Assembly (NCBI GenBank): GCA_001724245.1
Contig: MEDX01000009.1
Coordinates: forward strand, 1-64,000
Reading direction: 5' to 3'
Source of the DNA: Fonticula-like sp. SCN 57-25
Lineage: Eukaryota
Length of the DNA: 64,000 nt
The translations under genes and the position numbers were made by a program. The notes beneath the pieces were generated by a model. The model was not told where the DNA came from, made no database searches, and was given only the letters and a program-made list of their open reading frames with translations. Numbering within the stretch: position 1 is the stretch's first letter; every line of letters begins with the position of its first letter. Below, piece by piece: positions 1-12,876 of this stretch.

Positions 1-2
1 AC

Positions 3-128
3 GTCGAGGAGGACAGCATTCATGTCGAGTTCCAGGCTATCATGCAGTCCGCCTTCTCGCCGGACGTCGAGCGTCGCCCGAACATGGCCCTCATCAGCAG
101 CAAGATCGCCGCTCGTCTTATCTCTTAA
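3..128 (+). CDS. 3' end of a probable protein kinase (partial, begins before the window)
   Basis: Frame reads VEEDSIHVEFQAIMQSAFSPDVERRPNMALISSKIAARLIS*. DxxRRP resembles kinase subdomain XI. An AT-rich 3' UTR follows. Confidence 0.5.
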   Translation, partial: VEEDSIHVEFQAIMQSAFSPDVERRPNMALISSKIAARLIS

Positions 129-485
129 TGAGACTTTGCCTTGAAGCATTCGTTATTTTTTTGGTTTTATTTTTGCGCAAGTGCATTCATGTGGTGTGCT
201 TGTTGCTAGCAGATTTCTAGTTTAAAGGCGTTGGCTTTGGACGCGCTGTTCGATTCCCGCCCCCATCCCTGCCCATGTTCCATCAGTTGTTATCAATAAA
301 AGTTGCTTTGCTTTTCGCTAATCGTCAATTGACAACGGGCGAGGAATCCCTACAACGGTGGTATATCGAGAAGAATGACAAAGATATATCGAGTACAATG
401 ATGAGAACGATGCAGATTTGTGGTTGTAATGCGAGCTATAAACGATAAAAGAAGAATGCAAACTTGGCCTACTATCGACGGTGTG

Positions 486-2447
486 TCACTCGGTGTGTTG
501 ATTCTCCAGCAGAGATTCGTCCTTTGTTGCGAGCATGATACCCGGCCAGGCGCCAGGTTCGTACCAGTAAGCCGGTACCGGCAACTGTACCGCGTGGATA
601 GCGGGGGCCTTGAGAGCACGATCGTGATAATTGGGTGAGATGACGGGCTGGGCAGCTTCCTGCTCCCTTTGGCGGCGGCGGCTTGTGAGCGAGAACCAAG
701 AGCCTCTCGACGGTGTGCTTTCCGTCGGCTGCTCGTTTACTCGCTCGTCGGCGTTCTCGCCGTGGTCTTCTTGGTGGTAGGATTGCCTCCGGAATATCAA
801 AAAGACTGCAAAGTAGAATAGAGCCGTGAAGGACTCGACGAGCGCGTTCTCGAGCCAGTCTTGTCCGACGACAAAGAAGCGCATGCCGAGGACGCACAAC
901 AACAAAAATATAAAATAAAAGCCAAAAGCTCGTTGGAAAAGTAGCAGCGCTCTGATTTTTAGCGCCAAAGGCTCACCCGGTGTTATCCGGCGCTCGCTCC
1001 GGATGTAGTGCACGATGATGGCAATATTCAGGTACACGAACCGCGTCGCCAGAATGTCCATCACAATCACGGCAATCTGCGCATCGGGCGTTAGCCTCGC
1101 CTAGACTTGAATCATCCAGCAAATGCCGTGGCGTACCAGAAAATATGAGCTTGCGAGGTCGACGATGAGGCTAGCCGCGACGACGCCCAGCGCCGTTACT
1201 GTTCATCGCGCAAGTAGAAAAACAAAGGAGCGGTGTGAGGCCACGCGGCAAGCAAGGAGCACTCGTGCGTACCAATAAGGTGAACCCACTCGCTGCGCGC
1301 AACGGTCGACACAAGGATGCCCCAACCCTTGGCGATGAGGAACGACACCATCATCAACCCAAACTGAAAGACAAAGTACAGCGTGTAATACGAAATGAAC
1401 AGCGAATTCGGTTTGAAGCCTGCCGGAACAAAGCGGAGCGCGTTAATGACCATCAGAATCAAACAATATGGCCTGGTCAATATGGCCAGGAAACACAACA
1501 AAAAAGTGCGCTTTCCCTTGGTTTTCCTCCTTTAATATGTCAGACTTCGCACCTTGCTCGTTCGCGGCGACCCACATAAACCGCCCGATGATGACAGCTG
1601 CGAGCTTGATAGAGGGCAGGAGGGTGAGAACCACGTGCAGGGCGATGAAGGGCTGCCGCCAGTTCCACGCCCAGTTTGTCAGCCAGAGAAAGTTGATGAC
1701 GCCCCATATCACGCATAAGGCAAAGTACACGTCGGGCAGCGGGGCCTCAGAGGTGCTCAGGTGGCCAGTAGGATTTTTGGCCATAAAGCTAAAGTCGATC
1801 TCAAAGGACGTCGTCGAGCAGGAGAACAGCCACAAGGAAAAAATGTCTGCGTGAATGATGGTATCCGACACGTCCAGCTCATCGCTGTCCATCATCCACT
1901 GGAACGTGCACGACGGTGGGACAGTCCAGTTTGCAAAGCACTTGGGATCGGGGAACGGACGAAGCTGCCCCATAGATGAGCAAGAAAAGAAAAAGAAAAG
2001 CAAGATTGAAGCAATAGATAATGAGCAAGGTTGTGAAAGATAAGACAATTGATAAAAATGTAGGACGCCAATAAAGAAAAGAGGAGCCAAAAGGCGGCCA
2101 AGGCGCAGTCAACGAGCACAAGGAGGGAAAGAGCATTGGTGGCGGAGAGAAAAAATAAAAATGAAAAAAAGACAAGGTATGGGAATAAATGCAAAAAAAC
2201 GTACATCACGCTCGTCCGCTGGGGTGCAGTAGAGGAGCACGAGCGGCTGGTCCGGCGTCACGACGTTTGGGGCGACGGTCGAGAGAGTGATGCGAAAGGA
2301 GCTCCCAGGCGCATAGCCATACGGCTGATCAGATGAAGTGTATATAGAAAACCCGGTTCCAACCTGAAGGACGGCGCTCTCCTTCAGCGCAGACGTGCAC
2401 GCCACGAGCGACACCAAAAAAATTGCCACATTTAGTTCTATTCGCAT
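486..2447 (-). CDS. GOST-family seven-transmembrane protein (GPR107/GPR108/TMEM87-like), multi-exon
   Basis: Signal peptide MRIELNVAIFLVSLVACTSA, luminal domain ending KNPTGHLSTSEAPLPDVY, then TM helices including LIAKGWGI. Interrupted by GT-AG introns. Confidence 0.8.
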
Positions 2448-2600
2448 GGCGGCGGATGCTGCCCTCCCCGCAATCACGATTGTTGTCACTATCGGGTCAC
2501 TATCAGCTGAGTTGGGAGCGATTTTGTATGAGCAGTCAGCATTGTGGATAAGACCATTCGTTGAAGACCATCATTGCGTCACGCTTGCCGGCCAAAGTAC

Positions 2601-4691
2601 ATGGCGTCAAAGTCGGTTCGGCAAGGGCGCGTGAGCCTCGGGTCGCTGGACGCGTCGCTGGCGCGGGCGGTTACCCTCTACGTTGGTATGGCCGCTATTC
2701 GTGTTCTGATGGAAACGCGTTCTGAACTTGCATCGGATAGGCGGCGGGGAACCCTTGACCGAGTCGGCGCTTCGTCGGCTAGAGGATCTGTCGCTAGAGG
2801 AGCGCGGCGTACCGGTCCATGGAGACGGTCTTACGTGTCGTGCGTGCCAAGCAAAGTTTGACACGGCGGATCTCCAGCGGAACCATTTTAGGGAAGACTG
2901 GCATCGGCTGAATGCCAAGCGCGCCATCAGCGGCGAGGCGCCGCTTTCGCAGGCGCAGTATGAGGAGCTTGCCGACGAGCTCTCCAGTCTCTCTGCATCG
3001 GCGTGCAGTTCTATGGGCAGCGACGATGGCGACAGGCAGAGGCGACAGCACGTGGAGGAAGAGGAGGAGGAAGGACCGTCGTGGGCGTCGCAAATGGACC
3101 GCTCGCCGCACGTAGAGTTTTCAATGAAAAACGCGCCAGACGACGGCCTGCTTGTATGGAAACCAATGTTACTCGCGGGAAAAGTGAGCGCCATGAACAT
3201 GGGTGCGGTCCTTTCCTCGCTCTCGCAGTGCGTATTCCGCTCACCAGTGTGTCGTTTCCTGCCTGCCTTTCCCTCTGCCCTCTGTCTTCTTGGGCATCAG
3301 ATCTCCAGGGCGTATCGGACGCTGTGTTGAACCAACTGCGCGCGCTCCTTTCCGGGCAGTTTGCGTGGACAATTCTCATGTGCAGCGGTGGTCACTTTGC
3401 TGGTGCGTGTCTCCGCGGGAATCAAATTCTTGAATCCAAAACGTTTCACCGCTACACGACGCGGCGCAAGCAGGGCGGCAGCCAGGCGGCTAGCGACGCG
3501 TCGGGCCGCAAGGCGCAGTCTGCGGGCGCCTCGCTCCGCCGCAGCCAGGAGATGATGCTGCAGCAGGAAATTCGGCAGCTGCTCGCGTCATGGAAAAAGC
3601 ATATTGACGCGTCGACCCTCGTGTTTCTAAGCGCGCACGGCACCAGCCGCGACATTTTCCTCTCGTACGACCAATCGCCCTTTGCAAAGCGTACGCCCGC
3701 CTCCACCATTTCGGTGCCACTACTCCCTTTTGCTTACTAACAGCCGGTATGTAGAGGACCAGCGGCTCCGCAAGATTCCTTTTACCGTCCGTCGGCCGAC
3801 CAAGAGCGAGATTGAGCGGGTGCGTGACGAGCTGTGCACCGTCCAGTTCTTCAAGCGGGACAAGGTGGAGGCCGCCCCGGCGAAGCCTGCGGCGCCCGCG
3901 GCGGGCAAAGTAGAGGAGCGCGCTGCGCCGGTGCGCGCTGAGCCGCTCTCCAAGCAGGACCGGCTGCGCCTCCGCGTCTTCTTGGCAATTGACAAGGACC
4001 GCGTACGGCTGCTCTGCGCACCTGTCGAGAAGCGCACATGCTAACCCACGTCATAGGCCGATGTCCTGACCGACATCCTGCGCGATAACCCAGGTGGGGA
4101 GGTACTCCAATGGCGCGATGCGCAGGGAAATGTACGCACTCGCTCGCGCGCCCATGCCGCCTCTTACCCGACGCCCACAGACGCCCTTGCATGCCGCCGC
4201 GCGGCTCAACAACCATGCCATGATTACGCTGCTGCTGGAAGCCGGCGCGAACCCAACGCTCCTTTCGTCAAGCAACGACAAGGCACGCTCGCGCGCATTG
4301 TGTTATTTTGTTAACGTCTTTTGCGATGTAGCCGTTCAATCTGGTGACGAATAAGCGTGCGCGTGGTGCCTTTCTGCGCTTCCGCTCGGCGCACCCGACC
4401 AAGTGGGACTATGTGTCCGCCGGCCTGCCTGACCCGCCGGCCGCGCGCTCGGAGCCTCCCGCTGCGGAGCCGTCGCCCGCGCCCGCGCCGGCCGTGGGCC
4501 TCAAGACTCTGAGCCTCGCGGGTATCACGCCGGTGACGTCGGGCGCGACGGCGGCGGCGTCAAAGCTGCCCGCCAACTCAAAGCTGGCGGCCGCAAAGAG
4601 GATATCGGCCGACACGCAGAGCACGGTCGAGCGGGAGAAGCGTGCGGCGGCAGCCGAGCGACGTCTGAAGATGCTCGCGGGCCAACAGTAA
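2601..4691 (+). CDS. ANKZF1: ANKZF1/Vms1 ribosome quality control tRNA endonuclease
   Basis: C2H2 finger CRAC...HFREDWH, VLRF1 domain SGGHFAGA...KTFHRYTTRRKQGGSQ...SAGASLRR, ankyrin repeat TPLHAAA, and C-terminal VCP-interacting motif REKRAAAAERR. Confidence 0.95.
4283..4331 (+). other. GC-AG intron in ANKZF1
   Basis: AAG|GCACGC...TTAAC...TGTAG|CCG. Splicing gives NPTLLSSSNDK-PFNLV, restoring the frame and the ankyrin spacing. Confidence 0.75.
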
Positions 4692-4841
4692 TTGGGGGTA
4701 AAGTGGACGAAAATGGGTATGTCGGGAACGATACTGTATCCATATCATAGTGTACAGGAATAGTAAATGAAAGGAACTGAGAAAAATACAACTGAAAATA
4801 CGAGAGGGGAAAGGGAAGGCCAGACGAAAAAGAAAGATGCG

Positions 4842-5739
4842 CTAAGAGCTGTTCCAGTCCTGCCAGTTGAACTTTAGATTCGTCATGGTCTGTACCTTGC
4901 CGGAGAATGCGGTGAGTGGGTTGTGACTGAGGTCAAGCTCGCGTAGCATGAAGAGCTCCGTGAGCTCGGGCGGGATGGTTTTAATGCGGTTGTAGCTCAA
5001 GTTGAGTACGCGGAGCGACTTGCTGGTTGCCATCTCGAGCACCACTTCCCTTTGAACGTCCGTGATCTTGCCCTCGTGAAGGTCAATTTCCTCGAGGTGC
5101 TGCATGCGCGCGAGTACCGGCGGGATGCTTGTGAAAGCGTTGTGGAACACCTTTAGGTTGGTGATCTGCAGCTCGCTCAGCGTGCTCGGCAACGAATCAA
5201 GCTCATTGTCATTGAGCGTCAGTGTTGCGAGACGACGAAGACGCGAAATTTGGGGCGAAAGGGTCGTCAGCGAGTTGTTTGATAGCATGAGTGACGTCAG
5301 CGAGTTGCCAATGTTGAACACGGCGTCCGGGACGGTGCGGAAATTGTTGAAGCTGAGGTTTAGCGTCTGGAGCGACTTAAGCTCGGCAATCGTCTCTGGG
5401 AGCGTCGAAAGGCGGTTTCCTTTCAATCCAAAAGCGTGTAAGTAACAATTTTGAGTGAAATTACGCAGCAAATACCGTCCAGGTGCAGCGCGGTAAGGTT
5501 CTGCAGCTGGCTGATGCGCGGAGGGATCGACGTGATTTGGTTGCCCGCCAATGTCAGCTCCGTCAGCGACTTGACGTCAAAGGAGCCCGACGGAACCGAC
5601 TTTAGCTCATTGTACCTGTCACAAGAGTATGCACTTAGCATTCGTGCCAAAAAAGAGCGCAGCGGAGGCAGACGCACCCCAAGTCGAGCGAGTTGGTCTG
5701 CTCGGCCCGCTTCAACTCCTTACTGAACTGCCCGCCCAT
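4842..5739 (-). CDS. Small, probably N-myristoylated leucine-rich repeat protein (LRRC57-like), 3 exons
   Basis: Starts MGGQFSKELKRAEQTNSLDLG (MGxxxS motif), followed by typical LxxLxLxxN repeats. Confidence 0.8.
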
Positions 5740-6154
5740 GGTGGCCACGTGGATGAGATCGGTAAACCAACAAAACGTCGTACACAAAACACATGCCCGC
5801 GTATTACAACGCCGCGCAGTGAAACTATGTGGCCCCTTTAAAGGCAGAATATGGACGGAAACTGTGGGGCAAGCGCCCCGTGCTTCAAAAAAACATTCTC
5901 TCGGACGAGTATGAAGAAATGTGTATATTTCTCATTTAAAAATCTGCCGCACAGGACTCGAGAGGAACTGCTCAAAGCACCAATGGCGGAAATGTACGCA
6001 AGCGTCACCAAAAACGAACAGAAAGGAAATTTTAAACTACAAAGCAAGACAATGGAGATGAAGAGAGAGTGAGAGAGAGAGAAAAATAAAAACAGAATAC
6101 GACAAAGTGCCTGTTCTACATTGTCAATGAACGAAACACTGCACGGGCGAGCGG

Positions 6155-7204
6155 CTATTCGGCGCCGGGCCCCGAGGAAGGCGCGTGCCGCTGCTGGGCA
6201 AACTGGCCGAGCGACGGCGAGGCAAACTGGTGGAGGTACTGCGGCTGCTGCGGAGCCTGGTTAAGATGGAACGGATACATTGGCTAGAGGAATCGCGTGA
6301 GCTGCAGTGGCAAGGGCGACGACTGAACGCACCGCCTGCATGCCGTGCGCGTCATGGGACGATCCCGCCATCTGCGCGTGCGAGATGCTGCCGGGCAGGC
6401 CAGGGGCAACGTGCTGCGCCTGCTGCTGCGCCTGCTGCTGCTGCTGCTGCTGGAGAAGCTGCTGCTGCACCATCTGCTGGCGGAGCATCATCTGCTGCTG
6501 CATCTGCACAACGACATCAGTACACACAATAAAAAGTCGTCAATGCCGGCGGCGGCGGCGTACAAATGGCGTCATCGGCGGGTAGTAGTAGTTCTATATA
6601 AGGACAGCGTTGTTAGCTACACGCGTAAAGTGCAACTCGAAGGGCGTACGCTCATGCCCATTTCAATCTTCTTGGCGGCGGGCTTGATGTCGTCACGCGG
6701 CACAATGTCAATCAAAAAGTCGAAAATGTCCGTCTTGGTGATGGCCATGGCAATGTCGTTGCGCTGGAGCGTGCGGCGCTTGTTCTCCTCGGTGTGAACC
6801 CAGGCGCGCATCGTGAGCTCGAGCACAAACATCTCGCAGGCGCGAGCGAACAAAACCGGCGCCTCAGCAGAAATCATCTAGCACGAAAATGCGTTAGACG
6901 GGCATCGAAAGGCGACCGTCGAAAACAGCGCACCATCGTCTTGACATCCTCGTCCGTCTTCATGACCTTCTTTATCCGGGCAAGGGGAAGCTCATGGTTC
7001 TTAAAGTCATGCTCCTTGGACGACTCGGCCTAAAGGGCAGAAGCACATAAACGGTCAGCACACCCAAGCCTCGCCACCCAAACCGCGATGCAACCGTTTT
7101 TCCTTCCTCGATCCCGCGCGCCCTCACCCGCGCGCACAACCCCTACTACCCCCATCCCCGCCGACGTCATACCTGACTGATCTGCTGCTGCCAGAACAGC
7201 TGGA

Positions 7205-7235
<31 letters not shown>

Positions 7236-7286
7236 ATGGTACTGCGCGTCGTGCCCATGACCCTGAATATGCCCGTCGTCGCCCAT
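6155..7286 (-). CDS. NFYC: CCAAT-binding factor subunit C (NF-YC/Hap5) with Gln-rich tails
   Basis: FWQQQ...[46 protein letters not shown]...[10 protein letters not shown]...[10 protein letters not shown]. Confidence 0.97.
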
Positions 7287-7460
7287 GATCGCTCACTATT
7301 TCCCGCGCTTGACAGGTGAAAGGTAGGACGAAAACGACTGGTCGGCTAGCGCGCCAGTGACCGTTGGTTTCGCTCAAAAGAAGCGCGAAAAACAATGACC
7401 GGGGGTACCACCCAACGCCTACCTCGAATCCAGAGAGGTGGGCCCCCATCAAACGCACAT

Positions 7461-7477
7461 CACGTGATAGTCACGTG
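7461..7477. promoter_or_regulatory. Tandem TCACGTGA E-boxes in the NFYC/ALG11 bidirectional promoter
   Basis: CACGTG at 7461-7466 and 7472-7477, 5 nt before the ALG11 ATG. Confidence 0.65.
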
Positions 7478-7482
7478 ATATT

Positions 7483-9162
7483 ATGGCCTGGCTGCAGCTG
7501 GCGGGGATGGCGGTGCTGCTGGCGGTCGTCTGCTTGGCGTGGTGCGATCTACATGGTGTGGACTGCAAAGATCGCTGACCGTGAGTTTAGGCTGTATATA
7601 TTATGGAGGAGGGGGAGGCAGAGACGGGCGGCTCTTGGAGATGGAAAGGTTGTCGCTTTCTTCCACCCATACTGGTGCGCGCGCGTAGCCCAACACCGCA
7701 CGGTTAACGTCAGATGCGTAGTAATGCGGGTGGAGGCGGCGAGCGCGTTTTGTGGACGGCGGTAGAGGCGCTGCAGGTCATGTATCCTGATGTGCGCTGC
7801 GCCATCTTCACGGGCGACTCGGCTTCCGACGCGGACATCATTGCGAATGTTGGCGATCGGTTCGGGATCCGCCTGCGGCAGGCGGCAGGCGGTGATGCGC
7901 CCAGTTCGCTGCTCTTTGTTCGCTTGAAGCGTCGCAAGTGGCTTGAGGATAAGAGCTACCCTCGCTTTACACTATTGCTCCAGTCACTGGGCTCTGTCTT
8001 TGTGGCGCTGGAAGCGCTCTCCCTCCTCGTCCCTGACGTCTTTATCGGTACGGTTCAGAATGAAATTTCAGTGTACTTGTTGTTTTGTTGAAGTTTTTTT
8101 AATATTTTCATGTTGTCTATTGCTATTTTTCCTTGTTTTGTTGGGTTGTTTTTTATTAGCTGCTAAACATGTTGCCCTGCAGACTCGACGGGCTTTGCGT
8201 TCACGCTGCCCGTGTTCAAGCTTGCCGGCAGCCGCACTGCGGCGTATGTGCACTACCCGACCATCAGCGTTGACATGCTGAGCAAGGTGGCTTCGCGGCG
8301 CGCCGACTATAACAACGCGTCGAGTGTTGCATCGTCGCGGGTGCGCAGCACCGCCAAGCTGGTGTACTACCGCCTGTTCGCCGCTCTGTACGGCCTTGTT
8401 GGACGCTGCGCAGACCGCGTGATGGCCAACTCGACGTGGACGCGCGGCCACATTGAGAGCTTGTGGCGCATCCCAGTCAGGACGTCAACTCTGTACCCTC
8501 CGTGCGGCGGCCGCGCGCTCCTCGCTCTCCCCTTGGGCGGCCGCGATGCGCGCATCCTCTCCATTGGCCAGTTCCGCCCGGAAAAGAACCACGCGCTGCA
8601 GCTCTCCTCCTTTGCGCGGCTTGTTGAGCGGCGGTCACGCGCGTCGCTGCCTGCCCCCACGCTCGTCCTCCTGGGTGGCTGCCGCAACGCCGAGGACCAG
8701 GCGCGCGTTGAGGCGCTCCGGCAGCTCGCCACCACGCTGAGCGTTGACAGTCACGTGGAGTGGCGCATCAATGTGTCGTATAGCGCGCTCGTGGAAGAGT
8801 GCGGGCGCGCGCTTGTCGGACTGCATACGATGGAGGATGAGCACTTTGGCATCGGCGTCGTCGAGTACATGGCCGCGGGCCTCGTGGCCATCGCGCACGA
8901 GAGCGCCGGCCCGCTAATGGATATTGTCGTGCCGCTTGAGGGCGCGCAGACGGGCTTCTTGGCCAAGGACGAGCAGCAGTACGCCGACGCCATGGAGCAG
9001 GCGTTTGCCTTGACAGAGGAGAGGCGCGTCCGGATGACCACAGCGGCGCGCATGGCCGTGAAGCAGCGCTTCATCGGGGACGACAAGGAGACAAGATTCT
9101 CAGAGCCGATTTTTGCACTCGGCTTCCTCGGTGCGATCGGGCCGCTCCTGGACAACAACTGA
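7483..9162 (+). CDS. ALG11: GDP-Man:Man3GlcNAc2-PP-Dol alpha-1,2-mannosyltransferase
   Basis: N-terminal TM, AFFHPYCNAGGGGERVLW, YVHYPTIS, NSTWT, GQFRPEKNH, EHFGIGVVEYMAAG. Confidence 0.97.
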
Positions 9163-9349
9163 ACCATACCATTGTACAAACCACACTATGTTTATCCTTG
9201 TATTATGAAGGCTTGAAGAGTGAGACGCTCGATACACATGAGACACAAAAAGTACTAGGTGTGTATTGATACAGTAAAGTATGTACAAAATGGCGTGAAT
9301 GTAAATCGTGTGAATTGTAAAGGGGGGAATTGAAGGCGAGCAGCGCTCC

Positions 9350-10093
9350 TCACGCGGCCGTCTGCGCAGCGGCCGGCGCTGCGGGCGGCGCGTGTGCCGC
9401 TGGTGGCGAAGCGACGGCCTGCTGCAAGATGCGCTCACCGGCCGACGCCTCAAAGAAGGTGTACGATAGCGTGATAGAGTCAACGTCAAGCATAAGCAAA
9501 TCATTCTCAAACTCTGGGTCGATGTAGAAGAAGACCGGCATATCGACGGTCTCGTGGGCGCGCAGCCGCTGGTACTCAAAGCAGAAGCACTGGATCTTGT
9601 TAAAGTACGCGCCGGCCTTGTTTGGCGTCACATTGTACGTCGCAATGCCCGTGATATCACGGTCGCTCAGGTTCTCCGCCGTATAGAAAGCAAGCGCAGT
9701 CTCGCCCACGCGCACCTGCAGCTCCGTCTGCTGCGGCCTAAACTTCCAACGCAGCCGCTGGCTGGCATCGGCATTGAACCTGATCTTGATCACTCGCGCG
9801 TCAGGCGAAGGCCCCGCAGGAATCGCCCCGGACGTATTTCCGTGAGCGGAGCGCGGCGTCCCGCCGAACCCGGTCGTCTGGCAGAAGAGCCGATACAGCG
9901 GGACCGCCGCGTACGACAGGCCGACCACGGTGATGGCGCCCGCGCAAACATACATGACAAGCGTCTTGTTGCGCTCCGCATAGGGGTTGGGTCGGGGAGG
10001 AGGGGAAGTAAATGGCTTCGCAGACGACGCAAAGCGACGACACGACGCCGAGTACGAAAAGGCGGACGACGCCTGCCGGATGCCACGGAACAT
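9350..10093 (-). CDS. COX11: Cytochrome c oxidase copper chaperone Cox11 (intronless)
   Basis: Mitochondrial presequence, SYAAVPLYRLFCQTTG, YFNKIQCFCF, DMPVFFYIDPEF, ITLSYTFF. Confidence 0.98.
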   Translation of the reverse strand: MFRGIRQASSAFSYSASCRRFASSAKPFTSPPPRPNPYAERNKTLVMYVCAGAITVVGLSYAAVPLYRLFCQTTGFGGTPRSAHGNTSGAIPAGPSPDARVIKIRFNADASQRLRWKFRPQQTELQVRVGETALAFYTAENLSDRDITGIATYNVTPNKAGAYFNKIQCFCFEYQRLRAHETVDMPVFFYIDPEFENDLLMLDVDSITLSYTFFEASAGERILQQAVASPPAAHAPPAAPAAAQTAA

Positions 10094-10210
10094 CTTGGGC
10101 GCCTCGGGTGGTATCACGTGATTTGACGGCCGATTTTGAAAGTCTGCGCCTGGTCTGCGCGGGAAGACGTTTTGCCGGATTTTGCACTTGACACAGCACG
10201 GAACAAGGAA

Positions 10211-12561
10211 ATGTCAGGAACACTAGTGAGGAAATTGGCGACGTTCAAGCCGCACAATTCGGCGGTATGTGCCTTTTCACGATCTATGCAGTAAACGCAC
10301 TTCTAACAGCGCCTCCTTCATGGTAGGTTTGGGGGTGTGCAATCTCTGACGACGGCAAGTGGCTGGCGACGGGGAGCGATGACGGAAAGCTCTGCGTCAG
10401 CAATATGTCCACGCAAGAGCTCGTCTATTCCACCCAGAGCAGCGATAGTGTACGATTTGCTTCTATTTGTGGGTGCTTTTTTGTATTGAAAAAGGAGCGT
10501 AGATTTGCGATGTTGCTTGGTCCAACGGAGGGCTTTTGGCCGCAGTCACCAGCGGCGGTGAGGTTATCAAAGTAGTCGAAAACAGCGCGTCCTCTGTTGT
10601 TCATAAGAACAAGGCCGGGGTATGCGGGCGTGGCTGCTGCATCCTTTTATGGTCGCTCGTGCTAATAATGTATTCTCATAGCTTGGCGGATGCGCATTCG
10701 GTAACGAAGATTTGCTGACGGTAGTAGGCCTTGGGAAGGAACTTACGATGATACAACTTTCCCAGCGTAATTATCCGACAGAAGTTTCGCAGGAAATGCC
10801 GACACCTTGGGTACCATCAAAGTCGCCTATTAATGGGTTGCTCTGACGATTTCCTTTTACAGTTGTGGAGAACGGTGATTTCATTTTCGGGTTTCGCATT
10901 TGCAGTCGGGTGCGAAAAGGGCCTGGTCCTTGTTATGCGAGGAGGAGTGGACGAAAATAGCTCGAGGTGTTTAGCGCTTGAGTGCGGCAATCGTTTGGTG
11001 CGATATGAACCTTGCAAGTGACCATGCGTCTGACAAATTCCCGGAATCAGGTTCGGTCGCTTTGCTTCAGCCGATGTGAGCGATATCTTCTGGTCACCCT
11101 CGACGATTGGACGGCCGCAATTCATGACGTTCAGTCTGGCTTTGCTGGTCAGAAGATCAGCCCAGTGGTTCTAAAGGGACATGATGGTAAAGTCGTTGGC
11201 GGGGCCTTCCTCGACTACGCCGCGACGACCGTCATTACTGGCTCGATGGACGGCACGCTTCGCGTCTGGAACGCTTCCGACGGTACCCAGATTGCCCGCT
11301 ATTTTTGTGGCGAGGTGCGCCGATATTTTTTGCTATGTTGTGTGTGTACAAGGGGCTGACTTGCTTTTCAAGTTGACCTCTCTGTCGTACTGTATCTCCA
11401 CGAGGATTCTGGCCGCGGGCCTTACCAATGGCGCGATCGAAATATGGCAGACGGACGCCACGGGTACGTCTGAGCAAGACGCATTAAGTGAGCAAGAGGG
11501 AGCTGCGCGCGAGAAGCCCCCGCCTTCCGGTAGCCTTGCCCACGCGGTTTGGAGCCAACGAGGGCCGGATACTCCGCTCGAGCGGCTTTATGTCTCATTA
11601 AACTGCCGGGTTATTATGTCTACCCCCATACTGAGAAGAAGTAAAGAGATACCACGTGGCCCTGTCATCCCGGGCGCTTCAGACCCCCTTCCTTCGTCCC
11701 CTTGCGTCCGCAAGCGGCTCCAGGAAGCGCAGGCGCAGGTTGACGCAATCAGCAAGCATGAAGAAAACAAAATCGGTCTTTGTGAAAAGATGGCGCGCGA
11801 GCGGGAATTGACGCAATCCATCCGTGACCTCGAGAGCAAGCGTGCGTACTTTTGTTGATTCTTCCGCGTGAAACTAACTTGGCACTGGTGCAGTGGCGAG
11901 CGAGAAGGCGGCGCTTGAGGAACTGCGAACCGCAGAGTATGTTTCAGAATCGCAGGACCTTTCCGCGCTGATTGAGCGCCGCGAGTCGCTGCGAGCGATG
12001 GTCCATCAGTGCAATCAGACGCTGGATAGCCTGGCCGACTGCCTGGCCACGACCGGGCTTGAGCAGCTGGTTGGCCCGCGCTTTAGCGAGTGGCTCTGCG
12101 ACGTTGGGCTTTGGCACCTGCACGATGCGCTCAAGGACGTTGACGGGGAGTCACTCACAATGTTTACGATTGACAATGTCATAGAGTGCGGCGTGTCGTT
12201 CAGCGACGCGGCCGCTCTGCAACTGCGCGCGTACATTGCGCATTGCCAGCTGGGTGAGGATCGTGCGTGCGAGCCTCCGGAAGACACGGTGCTTAGTTGG
12301 ACGGATGAGGAAACGGCAGACTGGATTGGGTCGCTGGACCCTTCCTACGCTTGCCTTGCATCAGCAAACTGGCACGGAGCCGCGCTGTGCTCACTGTCGC
12401 CACTTCGTGTTATGGAGGCGAGCAAGGGCACGCTCAAGTCGACAGACGCTGTCAAGTTTCTCTCGCTGGTCAGGGCAAAGAGAAGAGAAGAGGACGGAGA
12501 CCGGGACTCGTGGGTTGTGCGGTGGACAGGTGCTAATACCATCGAGTCGCAAGTGCCCTAG
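10211..12561 (+). CDS. WD40-repeat protein with a coiled coil and two C-terminal SAM-like domains (exon structure partly uncertain)
   Basis: PHNSAVWGCAISDDGKWLATGSDDG and LKGHDGKV...ITGSMDGTLRVWN repeats. C-terminal FSEWLCDVGL...VDGESL and WTDEETADWI...WHGAALCSL are SAM-like. Confidence 0.7.
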
Positions 12562-12876
12562 CCAGCAAGGAAAAGTCGCGAAACTGTAAGTTTGGAATAT
12601 ATACGTGCAAATGGCAATATTTTCATTCAGACGAGCGGTGGCAAATATAGATGTGTTCACTATGCGCGGATTATCCCAGGCCTACGTGCGTGTGTATTTC
12701 CCGCTATGTGCCGCTCCCTATCGCCAACCCCCATTGACCCCATCTCATGTGTGCAGATGGTGACTGTGCATGTCAACCATGATCCGATCGGGATCCGACT
12801 GAATCCGGATAAACGAGTTTGGTGGGTGCCTTGGCTTCTTTGTTCCTCCCCTCCTGCGGTCGTGTTGGTGCAAGTC

